From NCBI GenBank assembly GCA_973895155.1, contig OZ316898.1, positions 3,348,480-3,412,479 of the forward strand: a DNA stretch of 64,000 bases, given 5' to 3'. The notes under the pieces were generated by a model that saw nothing but the letters and a program-made list of their open reading frames with translations, did not search any database and was not told the origin of the DNA. Below, one piece after another: positions 26,301-39,700 of the stretch; position 1 is the first letter of the stretch; each line of letters begins with the position of its first letter. The position numbers and the translations under genes are program-made. The stretch is from Marsupella aquatica (taxonomy: Eukaryota > Plantae > Marchantiophyta).

Positions 26301-28928
26301 GTCGGATATTCCAGATGATGAAACTTTCACGTCTGTGGACCAGGTAAGTTACTATGCCGCTGTCACATGATGCTCTCCCTATGCTTATGCACACGTTAGC
26401 ACTCACCACTGAATTGTTAGCCGTGGGTGAAGTGGTGGATGTCTGCTCTGAGTTGTTGCTTCTCGCTCCCTTGCGTCCCATCTCTGGCCTGAGTGATCTA
26501 TCTTTCTGATCAACTTCTGAGTTCTCTTGCCGCCATTACGCTCCCAAGTGATGATTCAAGCTGTCGATGTTTAGATAGCAACACGATTGGGTAAAGAGTT
26601 GAGTGGGCTGTGCATGCTTGCGCTAGTAATTTTTTGTGTTGTACAATTTTGGCTGTGAGCAGATTTTGGAGCCCCTAGAATTAATGTATAGATCTCTGTG
26701 CGAAACGGGAGATCAACCAATTGCTGATGGCAGTCTACTGGACTTCATGCGGCAAGTTTCATGCTTTGGGCTGTCTCTCGTGAAATTAGACATTAGGCAG
26801 GAGTCGGAGCGCCACACAGACGTAATTGATGCCATCACCAACCATCTGGGGATCGGCTCATACAAGGAATGGGACGAAGACGAGAGACAGCGTTGGCTGT
26901 TACAAGAGCTTCGTGGACGACGCCCATTGTTTGGCTCTGATTTGCCAACTACAGACGAGATCAGGGATGTGCTGGACACGCTTCGAGTGGTCGCTGAACT
27001 TCCTGGAGATTCATTTGGAGCGTACGTCATTTCCATGGCGACATCACCGTCTGATGTCTTGGCGGTTGAACTTCTGCAGCGTGAATGCAGGGTGCCAAAG
27101 CCGCTCCGAGTGGTGCCCTTGTTTGAGAAACTCGATGATCTCAAAGCAGCTCCAGCAGCACTGAGACGTCTTTTTTCGATTGATTGGTACTTGAATAGGA
27201 TCAATGGGAAGCAGGAGGTTATGATTGGGTATTCAGACTCCGGAAAGGACGCAGGAAGGCTCTCTGCTGCATGGGAAATGTTCAAATGCCAAGAGGATCT
27301 GGTGAAAGTTGCCAAAGAGTTTGGCATCAAGTTAACTATGTTTCATGGACGAGGAGGAACAGTTGGTAGGGGTGGAGGCCCCACACATTTGGCCATTCTG
27401 TCTCAACCTCCGGATACGATCCATGGGTCCCTCCGTGTCACAGTTCAAGGAGAGGTCATTGAGCAATCGTTTGGAGAAGAGCATTTGTGCTTTAGAACAC
27501 TGCAACGTTTCACTGCTGCTACATTGGAGCATGGGATGCATCCTCCTCGCGCTCCTCAGCCCAAGTGGCGGGAGCTCATGGACGAAATGGCTAAAGTTGC
27601 AACCGAGGAGTATCGCAATATTGTATTCAAGCATCCTAAATTTGTCGAGTATTTCCGTGCGGTAATTCTCTAGCCCACGTCGCTCAAAACGTGTCCCTTT
27701 GAAACGGTCTTGCTGTCTCTTGCACTCCCATCGTTGGCCTGGTTGAATTTTTGGATTGGCTTCTCACTTCGGCGTCAGCATTGAAGTCTCTGGCAGCCGG
27801 ATTGTTTAAAAAACATTCTCCTTACTTGCCTACTAAGCAACCTTTATCGGTCACCGAACAGGATTTTCTGATCTTTGTTTGGGCACTGCCATATTTTTTT
27901 AGAATTATTTTGTGAATAGAGGGGCTTCCACCTGTGTTAGCAGACAACTTTCCACACCGGAAAAATACATAATGTCTAGTCAACAGCAAGCTGAACATTT
28001 GTGTTCTGTTGGTGGGCTCAAGATAACATAGCATTCATCCTCACAGACTGAACTGCCTCTGAAATTTGCATGAAATAACAATCTAGTGGGTTTTCATATG
28101 CAGGCTACTCCCGAGACGGAGTATGGGCGTATGAACATTGGTAGTCGCCCAGCAAAGAGGAAACCGAGTGGAGGAATTGAGAGTCTTCGAGCTATCCCTT
28201 GGATCTTTGCATGGACCCAGACACGTTTCCATCTTCCAGTGTGGCTGGGATTCGGTGGCGCTTTCAAACATGTCCTTGCAAAAAGTAACTCGAACGTGGT
28301 ATTGCTGCGAGAAATGTACAACGAGTGGCCATTTTTCCGAGTTACCATTGATTTGATTGAGATGGTTTTTGCCAAGGGCGACCCACGTATTGCTGCTTTA
28401 TATGATGAGCTTCTTGTATCCGACGAGCTGAAACCTTTGGGAGAACATCTCAGAGCTATGTATGCTGAGACTAGAGAGCTTCTGTTGAAGGTACTGGGTC
28501 CACATCTTATCTCTAATTATTACCTTGGCTTGCTAGGAGCAGGATTTGACTTGCCTCATGGCTCATCCACCGAGTTTCTAACACCTGGTAAACGCTTTTT
28601 GCAGATTGCCGGCCACGCGGACGTTCTTGCCGGTAATCCTACTCTGAAGCAAAGGCTTAGACTCAGAGAACCATATATCACTCCTCTGAACCTTATACAG
28701 GCTTTCACTCTATGCAAGATCCGAGATCAGAACTTCCATATCACTGAGCAGCCAACCACGCCGAGAGCTGGGGACTCTTCTTCACAGCCAACAACTCCAA
28801 GAGCTGGGGGGAAGCATTCGGCTGAGCTGGTCTCGTTGAACAGGACAACTGAGTACCCACCCGGCCTAGAAGACACACTCATCATTACCATGAAGGGAAT
28901 TGCAGCTGGAATGCAAAATACGGGTTAA
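23312..28928 (+). CDS. PPC: Plant-type phosphoenolpyruvate carboxylase, 10 exons (23312-23545, 24119-24519, 24819-24903, 25150-25372, 25548-25651, 25833-25920, 26189-26343, 26663-27661, 28104-28490, 28605-28928)
   Basis: N-terminal phospho-motif [70 protein letters not shown]-terminal GMQNTG; GT-AG introns with the characteristic 999-bp and 387-bp exons; exact start Met uncertain. Confidence 0.97.
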
Positions 28929-31900
28929 ACGTAAGACCTGATTCCCCAGCGTATTGTTGTCCACTTCTTTTCTTATGGTATATAGGAGTTTGATTACTCT
29001 TCTCCTTGAGGTTGTTAGAGTATACTGTCTTTTGGCTCGTGCCTGATAGTGTCCAAATGTCATGACGATGTACTAATCAGAGCCCTTTGTGATGCAGTAA
29101 ATGATGCTTTTTTAACTACTTTCAAGGCTCCGACACCTTTCTCAATGGAAATTGAGGTACAGAAGTTGGAGGAGGAAAAACCATCGGAGACCTGGTCGTG
29201 GTACGAAACCAGCAGATGACTGGAAGGTGGCCAGCGAATGGGCAAAAAGGGTTTGCATGTCATTCAACTCCCAATCAAAGGATTTTCCAGGGCTGAATCC
29301 TGGAGAGCGAACAACGGCTGAGGATGCCATTAGCGCAGCTGAGTTTTGTAGATGGTGACTGATATTTGCATCAGCCAACAGTACATGCACCAATGTAGTG
29401 CTTCTTACTTAGGTGTTAGTCCCATCGACTTATTGTCTATACACAATGATTTTTTTTACAAAATTCCGCCTCACATACTGTACGCTGTGCTCCCTCAGCT
29501 TATAGAACGTTGAGACTTAGCGTGGCCTCGCCTCCTGCAGTAAAGTGCGTCATTGCCCTTCGAATGTAATCGTCTATGTAATAGTACCATTGAATAAAAC
29601 TCGATTTTGTCGATCTCCGGAAATCTTTGCTTGTGCTTCAGCGTGTTTTCAGTTTTTTGAGCCGGGATACAATTATGGACTGTCCACGCACTGCGCATCA
29701 TTCAGCTCTGTCTTGTGTGTCTCATATCATTGGTGTGGTGTGATTCTTGAGCTCTATGCCTCTATGTGCTCAGCTTGCTTGAAGCTTACTCTCTCTTGCT
29801 ATGTGTGTTACTTCAACATCACGTGGGCCTTCTTGGCTGATGCCTTGTGTGTATGTGGGCTCAGTTATTTCGTAGGCTAAGTTTTTGTTGACGGCTCAGG
29901 ATGTCTGTGACGTTCTCTGAAGGTTCATTTTCCCTCCCTTTCTCACCGTGAGCGAACTGTGCATCTGACCTCTGAAGCCAGGGAGATTTATTGATGAAGG
30001 GTATCCAAAACAGATTTATTAGTTGAACTGCATTAATCTTCGCCTGGACTCGGTGTTCATGGGAGATGTCAATTGGGAGATGAGATCGAAATTTTCACCA
30101 GGCGCCCTTCTTCATGGGAGTTATAGTTAATTTCCCGGACCCTTCCCGGTTCTTTATTATCTCCGCACAGGAAAGGTTTCACGAGGGTTTTCCTCTTTAA
30201 CACAATCATCACTCTTCGATCTCACTTTCTCAATGGAAGCTGTCCAATCCATAGTTAATCCATTTCCTGGTTTTTAAGTACCAAATCGTACTTCAGCAGT
30301 ATAGGTCCGAAGTCTGAGCAATCATGGTACTACTGTACTGGATCATATCATTGACGGCCCATTACAATCCCGAAACAGAGAGCATATGTTTAGATTCCAC
30401 TGAACGGTGGACGATTTCAATTGGCGAGCACAACGAACAAGGGATTATTGCAGCACTGTCACATTTACGACTTGAATTCGAAATGTCTGACTTACTTCTG
30501 CTTATCTGCTTGATTCGGTGAGGTCAGGACGAACCATAGGTGTGACTGTACGGGAAAGTAAGAATTGGCCATCAATTATGCCGTACATTGTGTACAGAAA
30601 CGTACATTTTCGTAGTACCTTTGGTACCTTGCTTGGCACGGAACGAGAAAGGACGGTACTATTGTACAATTGAATGTCAGAACGCTTTCAGTCACTGGGC
30701 GAATTTATTTCCCACATGTATTGGTGGCAGTTCAATTGTCCATTGATTTCACAGCAGTGCAAGCTGAGAGCAATCGTGGCCTCGTGGGACTAAAGTACAT
30801 TTTCTCTGCTTTCGTGATTAGTTTGTCATTCGCTTTGAAAGGCACGCCTTTTGTTAGCTCCTAGTCAATGCTGATGTGCTGGGCTGCAAGAATAGGAAAG
30901 CAATGTTCCTTATGTTGATTAAGACGTCAAACGATGGATCTGTACCATTATTCACCCGAGAGCTGCGTAGAGCGCACCTCGCTACTTTGCCCACTCGCTG
31001 GCCACTTTCCAGTTAGTAGGCAAAAATTCGCCAAATGTACAACCTGCTGCCAACGGCCCTTGCTTTGTTGATCATGAGATGGAGTTTCGACTGTGCAAGT
31101 CCGACTTTCCACCTTCTACAATGCACCTTTACCCTTGATACTATAATTCAGCAAGTGGAGTGGAAATTTCTCTCTTGCTTTTCAGAGAAAAGTATGGAGA
31201 ATGTTTACTCGTGTTTTATCGGCTAGAAAGGTCCAGTGGTCTTTATGGACAGAGCACAAGACAGTGAACTAACAGGCTCGGCTCGCTCACTCGTGCCCTT
31301 TGAATAAAACCTCTGGAGTCTGGAAATATTTACTAAAACTAATAAAGTATGGGATTGTCATGGGATCGTCCAGAGTACCTCCTACGCATAATTCAACAGG
31401 TAATTACGTCCCAACGCATAATTACGTCCCAAAACTGAACTTTCTCGAGTAATTCGAGTACTAAGCCGGCAAGGTCTTGGTCACAATGGGCATTCTAAAC
31501 GGGGAGCGGGCGATAGTAGAGATAATCGACTCCAAGTCTTTTGAGATTATAGCCAGGGTGGTAATGGATATGACTTGCAACCTATGCATAAGTCCTCCAA
31601 GCACAAAGATCATGAATTAAAATTTAACTGGCGGGAACATTTTGGAGCAGACCACGAAAGTCTGAGTCAGCTGTTCTGTAATTCTGTCACTCTTGCAGTA
31701 TACGGTTGGAATCTTGGCCTCTGGGGAGTCTGGAGCAAAGAGTCGGGTGGGATGGAGGGTTAACTACTGATTGCACGAGTCCCGACAGGGAGGTCCTGCC
31801 GTACAATATGTAACAAGATTGGATTGAATCAGACCAGAAATGAAAAGGATGGACAGTGCAAGGGCTTTGCTTGCTTGTGAGCTATGATTGATGGGGTTTG

Positions 31901-32586
31901 CACCTACATGACAGTGCAAGGTCACTGAGTTTGCAACCAGTGGTACTGACAATGCAAGAAGATCGGCTTCCGAGATTGCAAACAAACTGAATTGCGAACA
32001 GAGATGTTTCTGGCCATTCAATTCCTGACATTCTGAGAGTCGGTGTGTGTGTTTCACGTGATCTGCGAATGGCAATCATGCCTCCATTGTTGACGAGGTA
32101 AGGGTGAAGGACGGTCTCTGGAGGCAAAATGATTTATGGCATGCAGCATCGGCATCAATACTCGGATCATTTATAGTTAAGTCAATGAATTGTTCGTCAC
32201 TAGAATTCAGAACTAATACATGATCGAAGTGTGACGGAAATGTATCCGCAGATGGATTTGAAATTCACGTCTACACAGATTGAAATAATAGCAACAGTCA
32301 CAACAGGAACTGTCTCTCATCTTCTCTCCAATCTTGCTCACAGTGGTTATAGCAGCAATTCTGATCTAAGGATGTTCCTTCGTTTGACCGTTTCAATACT
32401 CAAGCCCAGTGAAGTACTGGTTGTTGGAACTTTTCCATGGCAGATTCAACAAACAGGACCATGTGAGTGCTGCTTCCAATGCCCTTCGTTTGACTGTTTC
32501 AATTCTCAAGCCTACTGACGAACTGGTGGTTGAAACTCATCTGTTGCAGATTTAACGAACACACAAGGACAATATCAGTCGCTGAT

Positions 32587-33717
32587 TTAAGTGCTCTCCA
32601 ACGCCTGCGATCACAAATGTAGAGTTAGGTAGAACATCAAGAGATACCTGCGTAGAGACAATGAATAGCTGACCGCATAAATAACATACAGAGAAACCTG
32701 TGGGTCTACTTGACTTGAGCAAATGGTATTCCCAGGAAGCAATTTGCCAATTCTAACCACGTCTCGACGTACTAGCCGGAGGGTTCTAAACATTTTCCAG
32801 GTAGAAGGATTTGAGCTGTTAGACGGAGTAAGGGGAAATGGCATTGCTACATCCTTGAAATTGAAAGTTTACCTGGGAGATAGCCTCCATCTCGGAGATT
32901 AGTTTATCAAGTTCGGTCTTGCTATACTCAGCAACAGCGATTTGAGCCTTCTCTTCGACGCTTTCTCTCCTGAAATACGGGACGCTTTCCACCTTCACAG
33001 CCGGCGTGGTTACTGCCAGCTCCAGTCTCAAGAGCGGCCGATTTACTGACGCCAGTAATGCGCCACTCACGACATACTGCCACATAGCCCAACCAAGAAA
33101 TCGATCAGGATCAAACAAGCCTGTCTGCTTACACACTTCCTCGATGGCCTTTGCTCGTGATGCACTATCTGTCTGTGATGCCCTTGCTCGAGAATCTGCA
33201 GAATTCACGAGTCATTTTTTTACTCCTTTTCATTCCTTCCTTCATTAATTCATCCATTCCAGTCATGCTGCCGTTCCGTTATTCATTCAATCACTACAAG
33301 AATTTACCAGAGAGCTCAGAACCCCAATCTCTTTAGTCAACATTCGACGAAAGCGCTAGTACTCTCACTTTGTTGAGGCCACCCACAGGTTGGACTGAAT
33401 ATGCTAACCACAATCATCTTGCAAAATTGATTGATTCAGTCCATCAGAACATGTACAAATTTCGTTTACAGTTCAAACCCTAATCTCTGTGCTCGAATTT
33501 CCATGAAATTAATGAGACTCGCGCTCTGTTCAAACCTTGCAAAGAGGAATTCCAGGCAAACACATTGTTTCCATGTCACCTCTTCCGATCACACATTCTC
33601 CATCTCTGTTCGTAAGTAAACCAACCCGAGCAATGAAAGCAATCGTACCTTGAGTTTCCAGTCGAAGTCGAGCAACTGCTGCGCATGTGTTACCACTTCT
33701 GCTTCGTCAGTAGCCAT
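32587..33717 (-). CDS. COMM-domain-only protein (COMMD8/COMMD6-like), 3 exons (33717-33649, 33076-32873, ~32604-32587)
   Basis: MATDEAEVVTHAQQLLDFDWKLK|YVVSGALLASVNRPLLRLELAV...AEYSKTELDKLISEMEAISQ|ALEST*; DFDW, P-L-x-L-x-L and E...L..L...E are COMM-domain hallmarks; GT-AG boundaries in phase 0; last exon acceptor uncertain. Confidence 0.75.
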
Positions 33718-33876
33718 TCCCGAATTCTGCTCAGCTCAGCTCAGCTCAGTTCAGCTCAAAATCAGATCAGCTCGGCTCAGTGTAGTCGATACTCTGCTCC
33801 CAATAAATTGCTGGAACACAGAATTGCACTTGTCCATGCTGGCTCAGTAATGCCTTTCCACTTTCCTCTATTCATC

Positions 33877-34042
33877 GAGAGAGATACTTGATGGACCCCT
33901 AAAATGCGAAGTGTTACTTGATGGACTCATTAGTGATCCAGACCCTTGATAGACCTCAAATCAATGGACCCAAAAGCTCATGAGGTCTCAAGAGGTCTAT
34001 CAATTAAGACATTTCAATTCAGGGGTCAAGTATATCTCTCTG
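33877..34042. mobile_element. MITE with 8-bp TSD TATTCATC
   Basis: Ends GAGAGAGATACTTGA..CCCCT / AGGGGTCAAGTATATCTCTC; TATTCATC at 33869-33876 and 34043-34050; related to the MITE at 1522 in opposite orientation. Confidence 0.75.
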
Positions 34043-34059
34043 TATTCATCTATTTGTTT

Positions 34060-34275
34060 TGGACAATATGCATACTATAGGGTTGCTGGGTTTTGTTGTG
34101 GGGATAGATGGCAATATGCATACTATAGGGTTCCATATTACAATATCTCTAGAGTATTTGGGTTATGTTATGGGGATAGATGACAATATGCATAGTATAG
34201 GGTTGCTGGGTTATGTTGTGGGGATAGATGACAATATGCATCCTATAGGGTTGCTAGGTTCTGTTGTGGGGATAG
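34060..34275 (+). repeat. ~48-bp minisatellite, ~4 degenerate copies
   Basis: Repeated GACAATATGCAT(A/C)(C/G)TATAGGGTTGCT(G/A)GGTT(T/A/C)TGTTGTGGGGATAG. Confidence 0.85.
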
Positions 34276-36707
34276 CTGTTGGTGGTGTATTTTGAATAGG
34301 ATAATGTGACATTACAGGGAATTATGAGATACAATGTCCCCAAAAACTACCCACTTCCCCCAAACACAAGGCCTGGGCGCTATATTAGAATAATGAGCCC
34401 AGGGGCGCTGTGTTCGAGTTTGAAGTCAATGTTTCCATTTTTTGGACTTGTGGCGCTGTGTTTGAAATGTGGCGTTGTGTTCAAATTTAAGGTAATGTGC
34501 TTGAATTTTGGCATTGTGAGATGCATGTAAAGTGTAAGTAGGAATGATATGCATAAAAGTTATGTGTATTAGAGAGGAGTGTGTTCAAGTTTTGGTTTTT
34601 TGACTTCCCAACAATATTTGCTCATTCAAAGGATGTGTAGCGAAATAATTGAACCACTGAAATTATACAAGGGGAGAAATCAAATTTGCAATAGAAAACA
34701 AAACCTGACAAACCATACATACCAAGTGTACTATTGTCACTTAGTAAAACATATTCGTCCACTTTTCACAGTTGTTCGGTTTACTATGGCCAATTTGCTC
34801 ATTTCTATAACTATTTAATCTTTCTTCATGCAGTATGGAATGTTTGTGAGACTGCTTTGTTTCTATTCGAGTGATTGATCTTGAAGGCAATGGAAAATTG
34901 AAAATAGAGAAGTGAGTAGTCAGACCTAATTATGCACGTAGGCACTATAGGTTTCTTTGACGAGACGTCATGGCATCAGTCAGAGGTTGATGTGAAAGTC
35001 TGTCAAAAGTTCACACAGTTGAAGAATATATCGATTCTTCCGGATTGCTGCTTAACATTTTGGAAACAGCGCACACTTCTCCGAAAATGAAGGATTTTGA
35101 AATTAGCTTACATTTCTCAAAGGACGATGGATTTCGTAAGTTGAAAGATCGGATGTGTTGGACGATTTTAAAGTAACGGATAGTAGTTGCAACCTGGTTA
35201 CCTTTCTCCTATAGTCACTTGAATGTGCACATTTTTGAACACAAAGTCAATTTCGAACACAGCGGCCGGGCGTTGTGTTCAGGGGAAGACAATGGTGCTG
35301 GAGACACCAGCTCTCAGTATACTGGGGGACTGGGTTCCAGGCACCGGAGCTAGTGCAATCAAATGCTTGGACGATCGAGTGCAGGCTGGTGTTTTCGGTG
35401 GGAGGGAGCGGCTTGGATCAAGTCAATAAGGGGTATAACATGCAATTTTGGACCAGCAACTGGAGAGAGGCAACCCATGAGTACAGAATAGAGGTCAGAG
35501 TGTCCAGGAGGGAGTCATATATATAGAGGTGGCGGGTGGGGAAGGGTATGTCATAAAGACAGAAATGGTGGAACAAAGTAATTAAACTTCCTTGGGACTG
35601 TAGTGCTTTAGGGCCCTTTAGGGAATACAATACATGAAATCCTGAACGATCCACATAATTTCCCCGGTGCTATACATGACCGTCTAGATCTAAGACTGCA
35701 AGATCCCTGCCGTTCAGTGGTGGACCTTACCACCCAGCGCCCTCACCAATCCCAACACTCACGCCTAAGTGCCCTTGGTGCCCGAACACCTCCACGGAAT
35801 ACCTCGAGCAAGCAACCTAGTGCCCTTTGCATCGCCAACAGCCCCTCCCATACGAAACCGCACTTGCTCTCTAACACGACCGCTACTCAATGGTCCTCCC
35901 TATCTGCACAAGCAACCAAGCACCTCGGTAAGTAACCCTTCATGATCTAGAACTCGCCAAGTCTAGCATCCTAACTCAAGCTCAATAGACGTTGGTAAAT
36001 AGGTCAGCGATAGGTCCTCCCGATGCCATAAGCCGGAACCAGAGCCCATGCCCACTGTCCATCCAGGACAGCTCCTTCCTTGGGCGCGGCCTGGGTTCCC
36101 CCTCGTACCTATCCATCACCAACTGACCGCCCTGACCTCAGGGCATGCTCATGGCCCAAATAGCGTAGCTTGTCCCAAACTTGTCCCAACACGCCGGGAC
36201 CAGAATGGCCCCGACTCTAGCAACTGCTCCCGGTTCGCCCCACTAATGGTCTAGGGGCCGAGCACCGTTGGAACTCAGCCTCCACACCTACTTGGCCTTG
36301 CCTCCCCAACGCAAGCTCCCTTGGGAGACTGAGCGCGGCTTGGCTGCTGTTCGGCAGGATTTGGCAAGCGGGCGAGCTAAAACCCACAAACCATGAGAAC
36401 CCATGGCACCCTCCAAGAGCTTTTCAACGCACCTAAGAACCCGTTGGGAAGATATCGCCATTTCCGTTTGGCGGTTTCCCTTAGTGTCGCGACCACCGTG
36501 GCTCACGACTTCGGCTCGCCCTTAGCCCCCAGGGAGACACCACTCCCCTCATATATGCTTCTGGAGACCTGCCACCCCCGGACCAGCTTTGGTCCCTAAA
36601 CATTTGGCCCCCAACCCGGATCCCATTGCGCATAATGGGCGCGCCACCAACTGGCAACGCCCATAACTTTCTCGTTAGGCATCCGCAAGCGGAGTGCCTT
36701 AGCCCGT

Positions 36708-39700
36708 TGTCATGCCGAAAGATTTCAGCTCAAGAATGGCTTTTATAGGGGATGATGGGCGAGGCCTCCCGGTTGGGTTGCGTGCATGCTGACTCGAAGG
36801 GGCTGCTTGGTTGGATGGATTGAGGTTTGGTGATTGGGTGACTCGTCGTCACCAGGTTTGGTGTTTGGGTGAGTCACCAGGCTTGGAGTTTGGATGAGCC
36901 TCGCTGATGGCAGCTGGCTCAGGCTGGATGGTTGGGTTTCCGATGCTACTTAAGACTTGAGCCTCGGCTCATTGACGTTGGCGGTTGTCTATTGAGATCT
37001 GTTGAGTTGCATTCTGTGAGTTCTGCTTCGTTCTACAGAACTCGACTGTTGTGCGACGGTTTTGGAGTTCTGGGCAAGTGTTGGATCCAGGTGTGGAGTT
37101 TTCGATCCAGATAGGGATTTCTCAAGTTTGGAGTCTCGTCGATCCAGGCAAGGATTTCTCAAGTTTGGAGCCTCGTTGGTCCAGGCCCGAGTTCCGTGTG
37201 AGCTATTTTAGACTAGTGGAGTAGCTAGTCAAGTTTTGGTTTTGTGAGCTAAGGAGAATAGTTTTTCCGTCAGATTTTGAGTAGTTAGTCACTCGAGGAG
37301 TTGTACTTGACAAGTTAGAGGTAGCGGCCCACCGTAGGGCCAACTACCAGACTCTTGCGGGCAAGCTTACTCGAGGGCACCTATTGTAACCTTTGTGAGA
37401 AAAGTAAAAAATATAAAGGAGTGAGAGTTCGCTCCAAAAAGTGCTTGTTGCCTGTCCCAATCGCAGCCAGAAACGCGCAGTTTTCCCGAGGAGCCCCTAA
37501 CTTTAAGTCCTCACGACATTGGCGACCATACTGGGGAGTCCTTGGGGCGATTGGATGAGACGGGTGACTATGACGAAGTCGATCGGATCTCGAGCACTTG
37601 GGGGGTTGACTATCAACAATCTTAGGAACCACGTGCAATCCAAAATAGGTATTTCTCATATAAATTAGCTAAATTTTTAAAAAGCGTAGGAAGCAAAAGA
37701 AGGTATTATAAACCTATATTTATAGAATATTCTCTAATATATACCTTTTATAAAGTAAAATAGGTCATTAGTATTGAAAATAGAGAATATTTTTAGAATA
37801 TTCCCATTATAAAATAGGTATGTTTATATTAGGCTAGGATCGCACGTGGTACCCCAAAATATACACTAAGTTAACCCCCCGAGCTTGAGCATCGTCATGT
37901 CAATGATGAGAACCATAAGGAAGGAAGAGCTTGAGGCGGAAAGGGCGAGCAGGGAAGCGAATAGAACTACTCGGTGTCTCCAAGAGGTTCTGAAGGAGAA
38001 TGGGCAGTTCGATGGGAGAAATGTGACAAGCTACCTTAAGTCTTACTTGACAGAAGCAGTTGTCTACAAGTTGGACGAAGGGACGGCGGTGAAAGAGTTC
38101 ATGGTGCTGGTTGAGAAGGAGTTGAGTTCGACGGTGCGGACCATCATTGAGTCAGCTGAGGGCTGGGATGACTTCGACCAGAAGATGAAAGAGGAGTTCC
38201 AAGCGAAGGATGTTGATCGGGTCACGCAAGCTACCTTCTTGGATTGGGTGAATGACAGGAACAAGAAGTTGAAGGGGCCGCAAGAGCTCCTAAGGGAGTT
38301 CAAGAGAAGGGTGTCTCAATTACCAAAGCAGGATGTGGGAATCATAGAGTTGCAGCGCTCGACGCTCTTCTTGAGGGCAGCCGATGAGGACCTTTGAGAG
38401 GAGCTTGAGAACGTGATGGAGCTGCTGAAACCTTCGAGAGTTACCTTGTCTAATGACTGGAACCAAGTTGAGAAAGTGGTGTCAAAAGTGAGCAATCGAC
38501 ACCGGCAGCAAGAGTAGACAAAGAGGCTACCACTCTCGACCTAAGGCCGTCGGAACCAATATTGAGGAAAGGGAAGCGAGAACCAGCAAAGGATGAGATC
38601 AAACCATCGGTGGATGATCTCGCAGAAATGATGCAGAACCTGAAGATCTTGGTGGCACATGCGGTCGAGAATCCGAAACCGAGGGTTGCGAGTGCTCCCG
38701 AGAGGAAGCGAGAGATGTAGAGTTGGCCATGCATGTGGTGCGACAACAAAGAGCATGACAAACGGGAGTGCCTGGACCTGAGGGAAGCTGCGTATAAAGG
38801 GCTGATCAAGTTCATCGGTGAAGTTGGTCAGAAAAAGATATTGTTTGCCGATACTGAAGAGCCGATTCCATTCAACTCCAACAAGGGAGGCATGAAGGCT
38901 TTGGCTGAGAAGCGAGCTGGGAAGCGAGTCAAAGAGGCGTCCTCTTTACACCTGGAAGCGAATGTTTACAATGTGGAGTTGGATGGCCCCGTGACGGAAA
39001 CGGACAAGTTTTACAAGCGCTTGGCGGATCTGGTGCGAGAGAGATCCGGATGGAGTGACCCGGTGCTGATCAATGCGATAATGGTTGAGGTTGGGGCTAG
39101 TTGGGATGCCTCGGTTGAGTCAAAAAGGAAGAAAACCGACGAGGATGACACTCCGTCTCAATCAGGGGAACGAGAGAGGCGGGATACTCGAGACAAGGAA
39201 AGAAGAGTTAGGTTCGAAGAAGAGAAAATGAGCGAGAAAGAGCCGGAGAAAGGGAAACCAATCAGGAAGGACCCGGGCTGGGTGCTTGGCAGGGATGTGG
39301 ACCAGGCCATGTACCCAAAGGTTGTAGCTGAGAAGTTCTGGAGCCAACAGGCTCAAGGGTTTACCAGCCGAGTTCTTTGGCAGTATGAGGCGGGAGATCT
39401 AGGAAGCAATCATGGAGAGATCCAAGAGGAAACGGATTTACAAAGAGGGCCCTCACACCTTGATGGGGGAGGCTGGCGAGACGGAAATTGGGAGTTTCCA
39501 AACTTACACTGCTAGGGCGTCCATGGGTTTAGGTAGTAAGCTTGCTGGCCCCGAAGAGTCAGACTTGGGGAAACCGAAGAGGGTCAAGTCCCTTGAAGAG
39601 GAGCTCATGGACTTGGACGATGAGTTCTTCGATGCGGAAGAGGAGCTCATGGGAACTGGAAGCGAAGCTGAGTCTATGGCAAATAGGGACCCGACTGAAG

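Noticed and set aside
26713-27634. Long minus-strand ORFs within PEPC exon 8
   Set aside because: Antisense shadows of a conserved coding exon
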